Assembly (NCBI GenBank): GCA_963710605.1
Contig: CAVQBA010000006.1
Span: forward strand, 864,001 to 928,000
Length of the DNA: 64,000 bases
Direction: 5' to 3'
DNA from: an uncultured cyanobacterium
GTDB taxonomy: Bacteria; Cyanobacteriota; Cyanobacteriia; Cyanobacteriales; Cyanobacteriaceae
Shown here: one piece after another, positions 31,347 to 40,848 of the stretch
Layout: each line of letters begins with the position of its first letter
Position numbering within the stretch: the stretch's first letter is position 1
The notes under the pieces: model-generated
Database searches by the model: none
Told to the model about the DNA's origin: nothing
Seen by the model: only the letters and a program-made list of their open reading frames with translations
Position numbers and translations under genes: made by a program

Positions 31347-31403
31347 AAGAGCGATCAGCAATCATTAAAATTATAGCTATAAATAGTATTATCAGTAATC
31401 GAA

Positions 31404-31664
31404 TTATGCACTGAGAATTAATTGATTATCTTTTACTTCTATAGATTTTAGTTTTTTTATAATTTCGACTGTTTTAAAATCACTAATATAATTAGCTACC
31501 TTGTCATATTTTTCTAATGTAAGCTCTTCAAGTTGAATTGGTAATCCAGAATCACTATTTTTTCCTACATTAAATGAAGAACATAATGAGGAATCGACAA
31601 TCCAAATAAACGTGTATAAAAGACTTTTCATAAACAAAAAGTAGTTCTTTGTTGCTGTAATCAT
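31404..31664 (-). CDS. Small hypothetical ORF, possibly a gene remnant
   Basis: 86 aa with a protein-like C-terminus (KKLKSIEVKDNQLILSA); no recognised family. Confidence 0.3.
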   Translation of the reverse strand: MITATKNYFLFMKSLLYTFIWIVDSSLCSSFNVGKNSDSGLPIQLEELTLEKYDKVANYISDFKTVEIIKKLKSIEVKDNQLILSA

Positions 31665-31979
31665 TTTAATTAATATTGGTAATGAATTTTAATACAGTAG
31701 CTTTTCTCGAATTTATTAGTACAATTACGTTATTCTTATGTAATTTCAAATTCTTGAACATAGGCTTTATTTATAGCTACGACTATACTTGCAGAAAAAA
31801 GAGCTTTCTATATCACTAAAAACCTAAGTTGGAAACCAAAGTCTCCTCATTACTCATTACTCATAAAAGAGTGTATTAGTAGTAGAACATTTGTCTGTTT
31901 TGCTATAATAATTATGTATTGCTTATGGTATTTTAATCAATAGCCTTAATAGCTAACAGCTTAAAACTTAGAAATATAC

Positions 31980-33083
31980 ATGAAAATTGCTGTTATTGCA
32001 CACTCGCATTTTCCTATCACTCAACCTTTCGTTGGCGGTTTAGAAGCACATACTTGGTCAATGACAAAATCACTACAAGAGCAAGGGCATGATGTTACTT
32101 TATTTGCGGCACAGGGGAGCGATTCAACACTACCTTTAGAAGAGTTTTGTCAACCAACTAGTACAGAAATTTACCAGCCGATCGAAGAAATTGTCCAATA
32201 TCGTGAGCAAACTTATCACAATTTGATGATTCGGTTACAAAACAGTAATTTTGATATTGTTCATAACAATAGTTTGCACTATATTCCCTTATCTAAAGTG
32301 GCATCTTTACCAATACCGATGGTGACAGTATTGCATACTCCTCCCTTTATCACGATGATTGATGGTTTAAAAAAAGCCGTAGATAGTCACAATCACCATC
32401 TTATTTCTATCTCAAACTGTATCACCAAAGACTGGCAACAGCAGATTAATCAGATCAACCCAGCTCTAATTTACAATGGGATTAACACAAATGTCTGGCT
32501 ACCCAACAGTGCCTATCAAAAAGATGGCTATGCTGTTTTATCAGGGCGTATTTGTCCTGATAAAGGTACTCATTTAGCGATCGAAGCCGCCCGTATTGCG
32601 AATATCCCGTTAAAAATTTGTGGTAGTATTTTCGATCGAAACTATTTTGAAAATTATATTAAGCCGAATTTATCAAACGAAATTGAATATCTGGGTAATC
32701 TAGAAACAGCATCTTTAAGAAAAATTCTCGCAGGTGCGGATGTCGCATTGTGTACTCCTTGTTGGAACGAGCCTTTTGGATTAGTCGTTGCTGAGGCATT
32801 AGCTTGTGGTACACCAATCGCCGGTTTTCGTTGCGGTGCATTACCAGAAATTATCACGCCTGAAACTGGTGTTTTAGTAGAAAAAGATCCAATTCTCTTA
32901 GCAGATGCAATTTCAATTGCCGTACGACTTAATGCAGTGAAATGTCGTCAACACGCTGTTAAAAATTTTAGTTTGGATGTAATGATTAATAACTATATTC
33001 AATTCTATACCAGCGTCATTGACGATTATCAGACAAAGAAGGAAAATTCACCGAGTTTATTAGATAAAACTTTAGAGAAATGA
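31980..33083 (+). CDS. GT4 family glycosyltransferase
   Basis: GGLE, GRICPDKG, EPFGLVVAEALACGTP. Confidence 0.92.
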   Translation: MKIAVIAHSHFPITQPFVGGLEAHTWSMTKSLQEQGHDVTLFAAQGSDSTLPLEEFCQPTSTEIYQPIEEIVQYREQTYHNLMIRLQNSNFDIVHNNSLHYIPLSKVASLPIPMVTVLHTPPFITMIDGLKKAVDSHNHHLISISNCITKDWQQQINQINPALIYNGINTNVWLPNSAYQKDGYAVLSGRICPDKGTHLAIEAARIANIPLKICGSIFDRNYFENYIKPNLSNEIEYLGNLETASLRKILAGADVALCTPCWNEPFGLVVAEALACGTPIAGFRCGALPEIITPETGVLVEKDPILLADAISIAVRLNAVKCRQHAVKNFSLDVMINNYIQFYTSVIDDYQTKKENSPSLLDKTLEK

Positions 33084-34147
33084 GTATCTTATACTTTATC
33101 AATACAGATGGTGCGGGGCATAGCAAACGTGCGGTTACAATTGCACGTCACTTAAAAATTCCCTGCCATTTCGTAACCGAAAAACCTCAGCAACTACGAA
33201 GTATTTTTACAGATGCGGTATTAAAAGGTTTACCTCATACAATTCATTTTATTCCAACATTACGTACAGAAGATCATGGTTTGAAATTAGCAACAGATGT
33301 TTTACATATTCCTTTTGCTAAAGATGGATTGTATTTAGCTCGTAATAAAGCCATAATTGATATTTGTGCTAGATATAAAGTGAAATTTGCCGTTATTGAT
33401 GTCTGTGTTGAAATCGCTATGCTAATGCGTCTTTGTGGGATTCCTTATATATACATGGCAATGCACGGTGAACGATCGGATTTAGCTCATACTCAAGCCT
33501 TTAAAGCCGCCGATCGACTTTTAGGAAGCTATCCAGAGCAATTAGAAAACCGAGAAACACCAGATTGGGTGAAAGCAAAAACTATTTATGTTGATGGTAT
33601 TGCTAATGTAGAAGATTTTGATGAAACTAGTACAAAAAAACCTCAATATTTTCCCGAAAATAAATTTATTATCCTACTGATTAAACCAAAAGGAAAGAGT
33701 AGTCTGTCTGTTGATTATATTAAAAAGTTTTCTGAGGAGATTGATGATTATTATTGGTATGGTATTGGTTTTGAGCGAGAAGATTCTGGTAAGAATTATA
33801 CAGTTGAAACCTTTGTTGATGATTCATTACCTTATATTCGATCGGCTGATATTATTGTGGCTAATACGGGCAACAATTCAGTATTAGAAGCAGGATATTT
33901 TGATAAACCGTTAATCACAAAACCTGAAAGACGTTTTTTTAACGAACATGAAATGAAGGCTAAAGCTTTATCTGAAAAAAATCTGGCGATTACAATTCAA
34001 GAATTACCAACACATACTAGTCAATGGCGATCGCTTTTGCAACAAGTAAAATCCTTAAATTCTTGGAATGGTATGGTCAAAAAATACTCTACCTTCTCTG
34101 CGGCACAAGCGATCGAGCAACGGTATCAAGTAATAGGTAATAGGTAA
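33080..34147 (+). CDS. GT-B fold glycosyltransferase (GT28 C-terminal-like)
   Basis: GAGHSKRA, ADIIVANTGNNSVLE, PERRFFNEH; overlaps the GT4 stop. Confidence 0.8.
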   Translation: MSILYFINTDGAGHSKRAVTIARHLKIPCHFVTEKPQQLRSIFTDAVLKGLPHTIHFIPTLRTEDHGLKLATDVLHIPFAKDGLYLARNKAIIDICARYKVKFAVIDVCVEIAMLMRLCGIPYIYMAMHGERSDLAHTQAFKAADRLLGSYPEQLENRETPDWVKAKTIYVDGIANVEDFDETSTKKPQYFPENKFIILLIKPKGKSSLSVDYIKKFSEEIDDYYWYGIGFEREDSGKNYTVETFVDDSLPYIRSADIIVANTGNNSVLEAGYFDKPLITKPERRFFNEHEMKAKALSEKNLAITIQELPTHTSQWRSLLQQVKSLNSWNGMVKKYSTFSAAQAIEQRYQVIGNR

Positions 34148-34175
34148 TAGGTAATAGGTAATAGGTAATAGGTAA
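34130..34175. repeat. Heptamer repeat (GTAATAG)x6
   Basis: Read directly; contains the stop codon of 33080-34147. Confidence 0.9.
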
Positions 34176-34299
34176 AATTCAAATTGGGCTAGTTATATTA
34201 AGGCAAGGATGAACACTTATAAATAGGTTTGTAGTGATGAGTTTAGTCATCATAAATTGTCAATATTTTATTATAAGTAATAAAACAAACCTGATATTA

Positions 34300-35172
34300 T
34301 TAGTAACGGCGTAACGTTTTTGCTTGAGCTATTTCGGTTTTAGTCGGTATTTTTAAAATTTCTATAGTTTGAGAATCTGATATCCATTTAATGTAACTTG
34401 CTTCCACAAAAAGTTGTAACCATTTTTCCATCGGCCATTTTCCCCAATATTGTAAAAAAGTAGTGGCGTTGCTGATAATGTCTTGAAAATGTTGTAATGG
34501 TGGATTGTAGTTAGGATGATATTGATGAAAAACTGTTGCCCCTTTCACCCATAATAACGGTACTTTTTGACGTTGTGCTTTAAAGGCAAAATCAGTATCC
34601 TCAGCACCATAGCCTTGGTAACTTTCGGTAAAACCACCGATCGTTTTCCAAAATACTTTTTTAGCAACCGCAAAATTCAAAGACCAAAATAAAGCATAAC
34701 ATTGCTCTGGCTGAAATAATTTTTCGGTTAAATACTTACGCAACGGGTGTGACTCACCATCTGTAATTAAATCATTCTCCTGCCAGCTTTTTTGCCCAAA
34801 CGCTTGTTTAAATTCAGCCGAAAGATAATAAACTTCACCCATTAATAGTGCATCGGGGTATTTTTTGTGTGCTGTAATATAATCGCTCACTAATCTATTA
34901 CAAGGAATGCAATCAACATCTAAAAAGATTAATAATTCTCCCTTAGCTAAACTTGCACCCTCATTTCGTGCTTGGGCTAAGGGTAATGGGCTTGTCGTCT
35001 GAATCACTGTATTGTTATAAGTATATTTAAACCATGCGGGCTTTGGTAAGACAGTTTCGTTCATATGTACAACAACAACTTCATCGATGTCTGTATTGTT
35101 ATTAAGCCCTTTAAGTACATTTTCTAAATGATCATATCTGTTTTTGGTGATAATAATTACAGAGATTTTCAT
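34300..35172 (-). CDS. GT2 family glycosyltransferase
   Basis: ISVIII, LAQARNEG, FLDVDC, GGFTESYQGYGAEDTDF, HQYH. Confidence 0.92.
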   Translation of the reverse strand: MKISVIIITKNRYDHLENVLKGLNNNTDIDEVVVVHMNETVLPKPAWFKYTYNNTVIQTTSPLPLAQARNEGASLAKGELLIFLDVDCIPCNRLVSDYITAHKKYPDALLMGEVYYLSAEFKQAFGQKSWQENDLITDGESHPLRKYLTEKLFQPEQCYALFWSLNFAVAKKVFWKTIGGFTESYQGYGAEDTDFAFKAQRQKVPLLWVKGATVFHQYHPNYNPPLQHFQDIISNATTFLQYWGKWPMEKWLQLFVEASYIKWISDSQTIEILKIPTKTEIAQAKTLRRY

Positions 35173-35290
35173 GTGAGGTAAATACGATGAGTGTTAATCA
35201 TGATCGTTTAGAGATATCTAATATAGCACTTGAATAACGATCGTGATTAATTAATTTTCATCAATCAAAATTTGGACTATTAATTTTTGA

Positions 35291-37747
35291 TTATTCATCA
35301 TATTTATCTATCTTTAAATCATTAACAGAAGTAACTAAATATTCAGCAACATTCATCAAACCATCAGAGGTTTTATTCAGCTGATTACAAATATCGGCCA
35401 TCGCTGAATCTGCTTGAGCAAAATTTTTGTTATAACTTTCATTAGCAGTAGTGAGATGATTACTAATTTGGTTATTAGTTTGGATTGATAATTGATTAAA
35501 TTCACTGATAATTTGTTTGAGCATAGATTCAAAATAATCATTCATTTGCCTTGTTTGTCGATCGAATCTATCACTCATCATATCTAAACTATGATCATAA
35601 CTATTACTCATTTTTTCATAAGCCTGAGTCACTTTTTCTGCTTGATTAGCAGTAGAATTAGATAACTGTTGTAACTGTTCAAAACGATCGTTTGAATTCA
35701 TTCCCGTCTTTTCAACTAACTCACTTATTATAGTCGTTGTTTTTTTGATTTTAGCTAAATTTTGATTTACCTCATCAGTTAATTTAGCCCTAGCGGTTAC
35801 TTCTTGTTTAAAAGTAGTTTGTAATTGATCAATCACTAAACTCAAACCTTCTTTTTGTTTACCTAAAGTTTCGTCTAAAAGATTATTTTGTTCACTAAAA
35901 AACTGCGTCAATGAGCTTTGGTATTCTAATCTAAAAGTTTCTAATTCATCTTGTAAATCAATTCGGGTTTTATCTAAAATATCATCAACATTAAGTAAAG
36001 TTTCGAGTAGATTCTCTTTACTTTGATTCATCAATTTTGAAGCTTGTTTACCGACTTCTTGAATTGTATCTGTTTGTTGCCTGAATGCTTGATTTGCTTT
36101 TTCTAAAATACTCTCAGTCGAAGTTTTTACTCCTTCTAACATTTGTTTTTGTTGAGTTGCTTGAGTATCTAAAGCTAATTGTAATTGTGTGGTGATGTTA
36201 TTAAAAGTAGTTTCTGCTTGATTAGCACTTTTTTCAAAAGCTTCTGACTGGATTGCCATTGCTTTGATGCTTTCGTTTGTTGCTTTGTTAATGCTTTCTC
36301 CTTGTTGCTGAAAAGTTTTTTGGGCAGTAGTGAGTGTTTTACTGGTTGCATTCTCTACACTTACTAACATTTGCTTTTGTTGAGTCGCTTGAGAAGTTAA
36401 TGCTAGTTGTAAGTCTTCTCTTATTTGACGGAAAGTTGTTGCGGTTTCATTGACACTATCTTTAAATGCTTCTCGTTGAGTTTGTATTGCTACAACACTA
36501 TCACTGACTGCTTGTTTCATTTCTACTGATACTGTCGTCAATACTTGTTTAGTATCTTGATTAAATTGATTGAGATTGCTGGTAATTGTTGTACTAAAAT
36601 TTTGTAATTTATCAAGAGTATCATTTTGAAATTGGTTAATGGTTGTCACTGCATCAGCTAGATTATGACTAATACTTCCTAACTCTTGTTTTAATTCGGT
36701 GACGGCGGTTGATGCTTGATTTGTTACTTGAGTCGTCTCGTCTAGTCTGGCAATTACAGGAGTAAGTAATTCGGTGGTTAGTTGCTTGATTTGTAATTCT
36801 AAATTTGATTGTTGAAGCGATTGAATTTTTTTGAGGTTAGTTAATTCTGTATGGATGGGAGTTAGTAAAGGATTAAAGTAAGAGACAATCGAGGATGGAG
36901 TAAGATTAGCTAAATGGTTAGTTTGAGACTTCAACTGTTGGATAACAAGACTGTCATCAGAATCGATCGTTTTTTGGATACTATGAGCAATATTATCAGG
37001 AGTTAGTTGACTAATTGCCGTAAGCGAATTAGTCACAGAAGATAAATGTTGTGCTACATTTTCCATTGCTATTCCTGCATTAGCTATTGCTGAAGTATCA
37101 AAACGAGATAGTAATGTTTGCGGTGATTCCACAAAAGCTATTTGACTCAGACTCTTCCTTATCCCATTCCTTTTATCTTGTCTGAGTTTTCTACCTACAG
37201 CTAAAACAATCATCATCAAACTAGCACAACCTAAACCCGCAAGGGAAGTAGAAAAAGCTGTCTTCATTCCTGAAAGCAAAGTCGTGGAAGCTTCTAACAA
37301 GTCTTGAGTTTCTTGAATATTACCGATACCTACTTTTTGTAAACCAAAAAAGATACCAAAAAAAGTACCCAAAATTCCTAAGGCGGTTAATAATGTAGGT
37401 GCGAAATAAACTGGACTTCTAGCAACTGCTTTAGTTAAAATACTAGGATAAGAAAACAAGACAAAATAATTATTTTCTTTTCGGGGTTGAAATTCGTTAC
37501 CAATAATTTCTCCATCTAAATGCCTAATTAAATAACTAAATAAACCTTGCTGTTTTTGCTCACATACACTTGCTTGAATAACTTTACTTTGCTGATTTTG
37601 CTCAAGAAAATTAGTTAATTCTAATCCTAATTTACAATCTTTTTGTCGATAATTAACGATCGCTATAATTTCAATAATTAATAAAATAATAGCCACTAAT
37701 AAAATTATCCAAGGATTACCAATTAAAAAAGTTATCAAGTCAAGCAT
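35291..37747 (-). CDS. ZorA-like protein (MotA/TolQ/ExbB-type TM region plus ~600-aa coiled-coil tail)
   Basis: N-terminal TM helix, APTLLTALGILGTFFGIFFGL, LLSGMKTAFSTSLAGL, then a long Q/T/S-rich helical tail. Confidence 0.8.
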   Translation of the reverse strand: MLDLITFLIGNPWIILLVAIILLIIEIIAIVNYRQKDCKLGLELTNFLEQNQQSKVIQASVCEQKQQGLFSYLIRHLDGEIIGNEFQPRKENNYFVLFSYPSILTKAVARSPVYFAPTLLTALGILGTFFGIFFGLQKVGIGNIQETQDLLEASTTLLSGMKTAFSTSLAGLGCASLMMIVLAVGRKLRQDKRNGIRKSLSQIAFVESPQTLLSRFDTSAIANAGIAMENVAQHLSSVTNSLTAISQLTPDNIAHSIQKTIDSDDSLVIQQLKSQTNHLANLTPSSIVSYFNPLLTPIHTELTNLKKIQSLQQSNLELQIKQLTTELLTPVIARLDETTQVTNQASTAVTELKQELGSISHNLADAVTTINQFQNDTLDKLQNFSTTITSNLNQFNQDTKQVLTTVSVEMKQAVSDSVVAIQTQREAFKDSVNETATTFRQIREDLQLALTSQATQQKQMLVSVENATSKTLTTAQKTFQQQGESINKATNESIKAMAIQSEAFEKSANQAETTFNNITTQLQLALDTQATQQKQMLEGVKTSTESILEKANQAFRQQTDTIQEVGKQASKLMNQSKENLLETLLNVDDILDKTRIDLQDELETFRLEYQSSLTQFFSEQNNLLDETLGKQKEGLSLVIDQLQTTFKQEVTARAKLTDEVNQNLAKIKKTTTIISELVEKTGMNSNDRFEQLQQLSNSTANQAEKVTQAYEKMSNSYDHSLDMMSDRFDRQTRQMNDYFESMLKQIISEFNQLSIQTNNQISNHLTTANESYNKNFAQADSAMADICNQLNKTSDGLMNVAEYLVTSVNDLKIDKYDE

Positions 37748-37904
37748 AAGGCAATAATAGTTAACAGTTAATAGTTAACAGTTAATAGTTAATAAATTTA
37801 TTCACCAATTAATTACAAGGCTAACCCTTATCAATCAAACATTTTAATTTTAGGGGTGTAAGGCTTACACCCTTTGTATTTCCTGTTGATTATCAATACT
37901 ATAG

Positions 37905-38501
37905 TTAAGAATAAAGCTTGGCAATTTCGTCCAAATTTCTGACTTTAATACCATCACCTTGGGCGGATACTTCCCAATCATCACCAGCACGATAAATTTC
38001 TGCCATAATCATCCCTGTTTGACTTTGATAACTACCACTAGAAAGTGTATAACGAGCAATTTCTTTATTTGTGGTTACGTTAACTAACCTAACAAAAGCA
38101 TTCGTTACTTGAGAAAAATCTTGCTTCCTCCCAACCGCATCATAAATATTAACCACAAAAACAAGTTTGTGAATATTACTCGGAATCATCGGTAAACTAA
38201 CCATAATTTGTTCATCATCACCTTGCCCTTTTCCTGTCAAATTATCACCCATATGGCTAATAGCAGAAGAAGGATGACGTAGATTACCAAAATAAACTAA
38301 ATCTTGTGCTGAGGTAATTTTGTCTCGGCTATTTAAACACAAAACCGAAGCATCCAAATCAAAATCACTAGTGAATAAACCACCTAAAAAACCACCTTTT
38401 TTTTGAGCCGTATCCCAACCTAAACCACACATTAATTGCTCTAATTTAGGGGCTTCTTTTTTTAAAGAAATTTTTTGTCCTTTTTGTAAGTTAATTGTCA
38501 T
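37905..38501 (-). CDS. terD: TerD family protein
   Basis: INLQKGQKISL, GLGWD, FDLDAS, GDNLTG.G.GDDEQI, NAFVRL. Confidence 0.9.
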   Translation of the reverse strand: MTINLQKGQKISLKKEAPKLEQLMCGLGWDTAQKKGGFLGGLFTSDFDLDASVLCLNSRDKITSAQDLVYFGNLRHPSSAISHMGDNLTGKGQGDDEQIMVSLPMIPSNIHKLVFVVNIYDAVGRKQDFSQVTNAFVRLVNVTTNKEIARYTLSSGSYQSQTGMIMAEIYRAGDDWEVSAQGDGIKVRNLDEIAKLYS

Positions 38502-38676
38502 AATAATTTTAATTACTTTGTTAAGTGAACAATAGTTGTAATTGGCAATCGATAAATAAACTAAAAAAACAACTTTTTTTATTTGTATTTATAGTTTAAA
38601 AGTTAAGAAAATAGAGAAAAGTAAATAATGAATAAAGTGCCGAATATAATTGTTGATATTCTTAATTCTCAATTCT

Positions 38677-38727
38677 CGTCTTGGTGGACATTCCCTTGCG
38701 TCTGTCGCCGACGCGGGCTTCCACCGC
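38677..38727. repeat. ~50-bp GC-rich dispersed repeat inserted in an AATTCTC heptamer tract
   Basis: CGTCTTGGTGGACATTCCCTTGCG...GCGGGCTTCCACCGC resembles 18069-18151. Confidence 0.7.
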
Positions 38728-38739
38728 AATTCTCAATTC

Positions 38740-39315
38740 TTATTGGTAGCGATTTAATAATGATTGTAAACCACCTTCATAACCTGCACCAACAGCATTC
38801 ATACGCCATTCACCACTTTTACGGTAAAGTTCGGTCATAATTAAAGCAGTTTCAATCGAAAAATCTTCTTCTAAGTCATAACGTAATACTTCTTCTTTAG
38901 TTTCTACATCGACTAATCTGACAAAAGCATTTCTAACTTGACCAAAATTTTGTTTTCTTTTATCAGCATCGTGTATAGTAACGGTAATGACGATACGATC
39001 GATATCTGCGGGGACTTTACGCAAATCAACTATAATCACCTCATCATCTCCTTCACCTGCCCCTGTGAGATTATCACCCATATGTTTAACGGATTTGTCA
39101 GCATCTGGACTGGTAAGATTGTTGTAAAAGATGAAATGCTCATCAGAAATTAATTTTTCATTTGTATTAAGTAAAAAGACAGAAGCATCTAAATCAAAGT
39201 CATTCCCTGTATCGGTAACATTTACATCCCAACCTAAACCGATAAAACCAGCATTTAACCCTGGTGCGACTTTGTCTAGAGAAACTCTTTGCCCTTTTTT
39301 TAATGAAACTGCCAT
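38740..39315 (-). CDS. terD: TerD family protein
   Basis: GLGWD, FDLDAS, GDNLTGAGEGDDE, QNFGQV.NAFVR, EWRMNAVGAG. Confidence 0.93.
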   Translation of the reverse strand: MAVSLKKGQRVSLDKVAPGLNAGFIGLGWDVNVTDTGNDFDLDASVFLLNTNEKLISDEHFIFYNNLTSPDADKSVKHMGDNLTGAGEGDDEVIIVDLRKVPADIDRIVITVTIHDADKRKQNFGQVRNAFVRLVDVETKEEVLRYDLEEDFSIETALIMTELYRKSGEWRMNAVGAGYEGGLQSLLNRYQ

Positions 39316-39583
39316 GATAGTTAAATATTTATTTTTACTATTGTTGTTGTCGTTCTTTCTCTATTATCAATAGTAATCTGCTTATTCATCACTATATCGA
39401 AAAGATTTTTTACTTTTATAGTCATTTAAGTTAAGGTTGAGATAGTCAAAAGGGCACTCGTGCAAAGGGCAAAGGTAAGTAATGAGTAAGGAGTAAGAAG
39501 TAAGAAGTAATGAGAAAAAATAGCACCGTTACTACCATTGAAATTCCTCTCGCCTATCAATGGAGTATCCCCCCATCCTTACG

Positions 39584-39775
39584 CAGGGCTGATTCATTGT
39601 CAAATTTTGTAACTTATACAACGCCAGAAATAGCAGTAAATAAATCGCAGTTTTTTTCTAATAATAAAAACACAATGTAACCAACGAGCGAGCGATTGTA
39701 TTGTAGTAGTAATAGCAGATAGCTATTTATTTTGAGCTTCTAGCTATTTTCTTCTTCCTTTGAATGAAACAGCCC
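39584..39775. mobile_element. MITE with ISAs1-like terminal inverted repeats, inserted into a hairpin element (39508-39839)
   Basis: Left end CAGGGCTGATTCATT, right end AATGAAACAGCCC; partial copy at 55659-55710; uninterrupted host element at 43296-43390. Confidence 0.7.
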
Positions 39776-39982
39776 CTCCCCTTACCAAAGGGCGGAGATT
39801 CGGGGCGTAATTACCCTTGATTTTGTGGTAACGATCGTAAAGCCGCCGTTGTTTAGGCTATTATTTAAATTCTGACTAAACTCGCAAAGCGATCGTTTTC
39901 GACAGTAATATGATTTAATGGAAATAATTAGTCTAATAGTACAGTCAACAAAAACCAATATTAAATAAGGAGAAAACTACCA

Positions 39983-40309
39983 GTGTTTTTAACTATTTTG
40001 CGTCGTTTTATTAGTGTCTGTTTAATTTCCATAACTTTATTTTTTGCCACTGCTTTCGATCTCAATCTCACTCATAGTGCGATCGCTAAATCGATTACCA
40101 AAGATGTTAACAATCTCAACCCGGTTGAGGAAGTTACAGATTCTGAATACGAAACCGCCAAGATAAATCGTCAAAGAGAACAAGCAATGCGTTCAAAACA
40201 GGCAAAAGCAGAAGCAGAAACAGAAAAAGCATCTGAAAGTATTGGCGAAATACTAAATCTAGATGAAATAACTGAAACTCTAACAGACGATAGCCCTGCT
40301 ACTAAGTAA
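39983..40309 (+). CDS. Small secreted hypothetical protein
   Basis: AAGGAG RBS, signal-peptide-like N-terminus ending in AIA, charged helical body. Confidence 0.7.
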   Translation: MFLTILRRFISVCLISITLFFATAFDLNLTHSAIAKSITKDVNNLNPVEEVTDSEYETAKINRQREQAMRSKQAKAEAETEKASESIGEILNLDEITETLTDDSPATK

Positions 40310-40544
40310 TATATATAGTCATATATGCTTGCTTATCTTGTCATATATGACATCTAATTTCTAAATTTGTTAATCGACATAACGAATGCAACTGCACCTT
40401 CTTTGTACGTCGAACGTCAGTTTTAGTCAATACAGTTCAAGACTAGGTACTTTAGCGCAGCCCTTTCAATGCGCGAGTTGATTATTAAGAGAAACATCCC
40501 CTATCAAAAAATCGAAGACTTTTTAATTCACCAAAAAATCAAGG

Positions 40545-40641
40545 GTAATGAGTAAGAAGTAAGGAGTAAGGAGTAAGGAGTAAGGATTAAGGAGTAAGGA
40601 GTAAGGAGTAAGGAGTAAGGAGTAAGGAGTAAGGAGTAAGA
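40545..40641. repeat. Heptamer repeat (AGTAAGG) x ~13
   Basis: Read directly. Confidence 0.9.
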
Positions 40642-40848
40642 AGAGTGAGTGAATTCAACTCTTGCATGGAGTGCCTTTTTTAACTTTTAACTTTTAACAC
40701 CTAACTTACCCTTTGCACGAGTGCCCTTTGTTTACAGACACAATGCAAATACCAAGAATCAAACGTTGAAGACGATCGGGGCTTACACAGAATCACCGAA
40801 CAAATACAATACTAAAATACTAGAATAGTAGAAACAGTTTGAAAAATT

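Noticed and set aside
35291-37747. Methyl-accepting chemotaxis protein or complete Zorya system
   Set aside because: No MCP signalling-hairpin motif, and no zorB/C/D/E in the window.
38628-38840. 70-aa ORF
   Set aside because: Spans a dispersed repeat and the antisense strand of terD.
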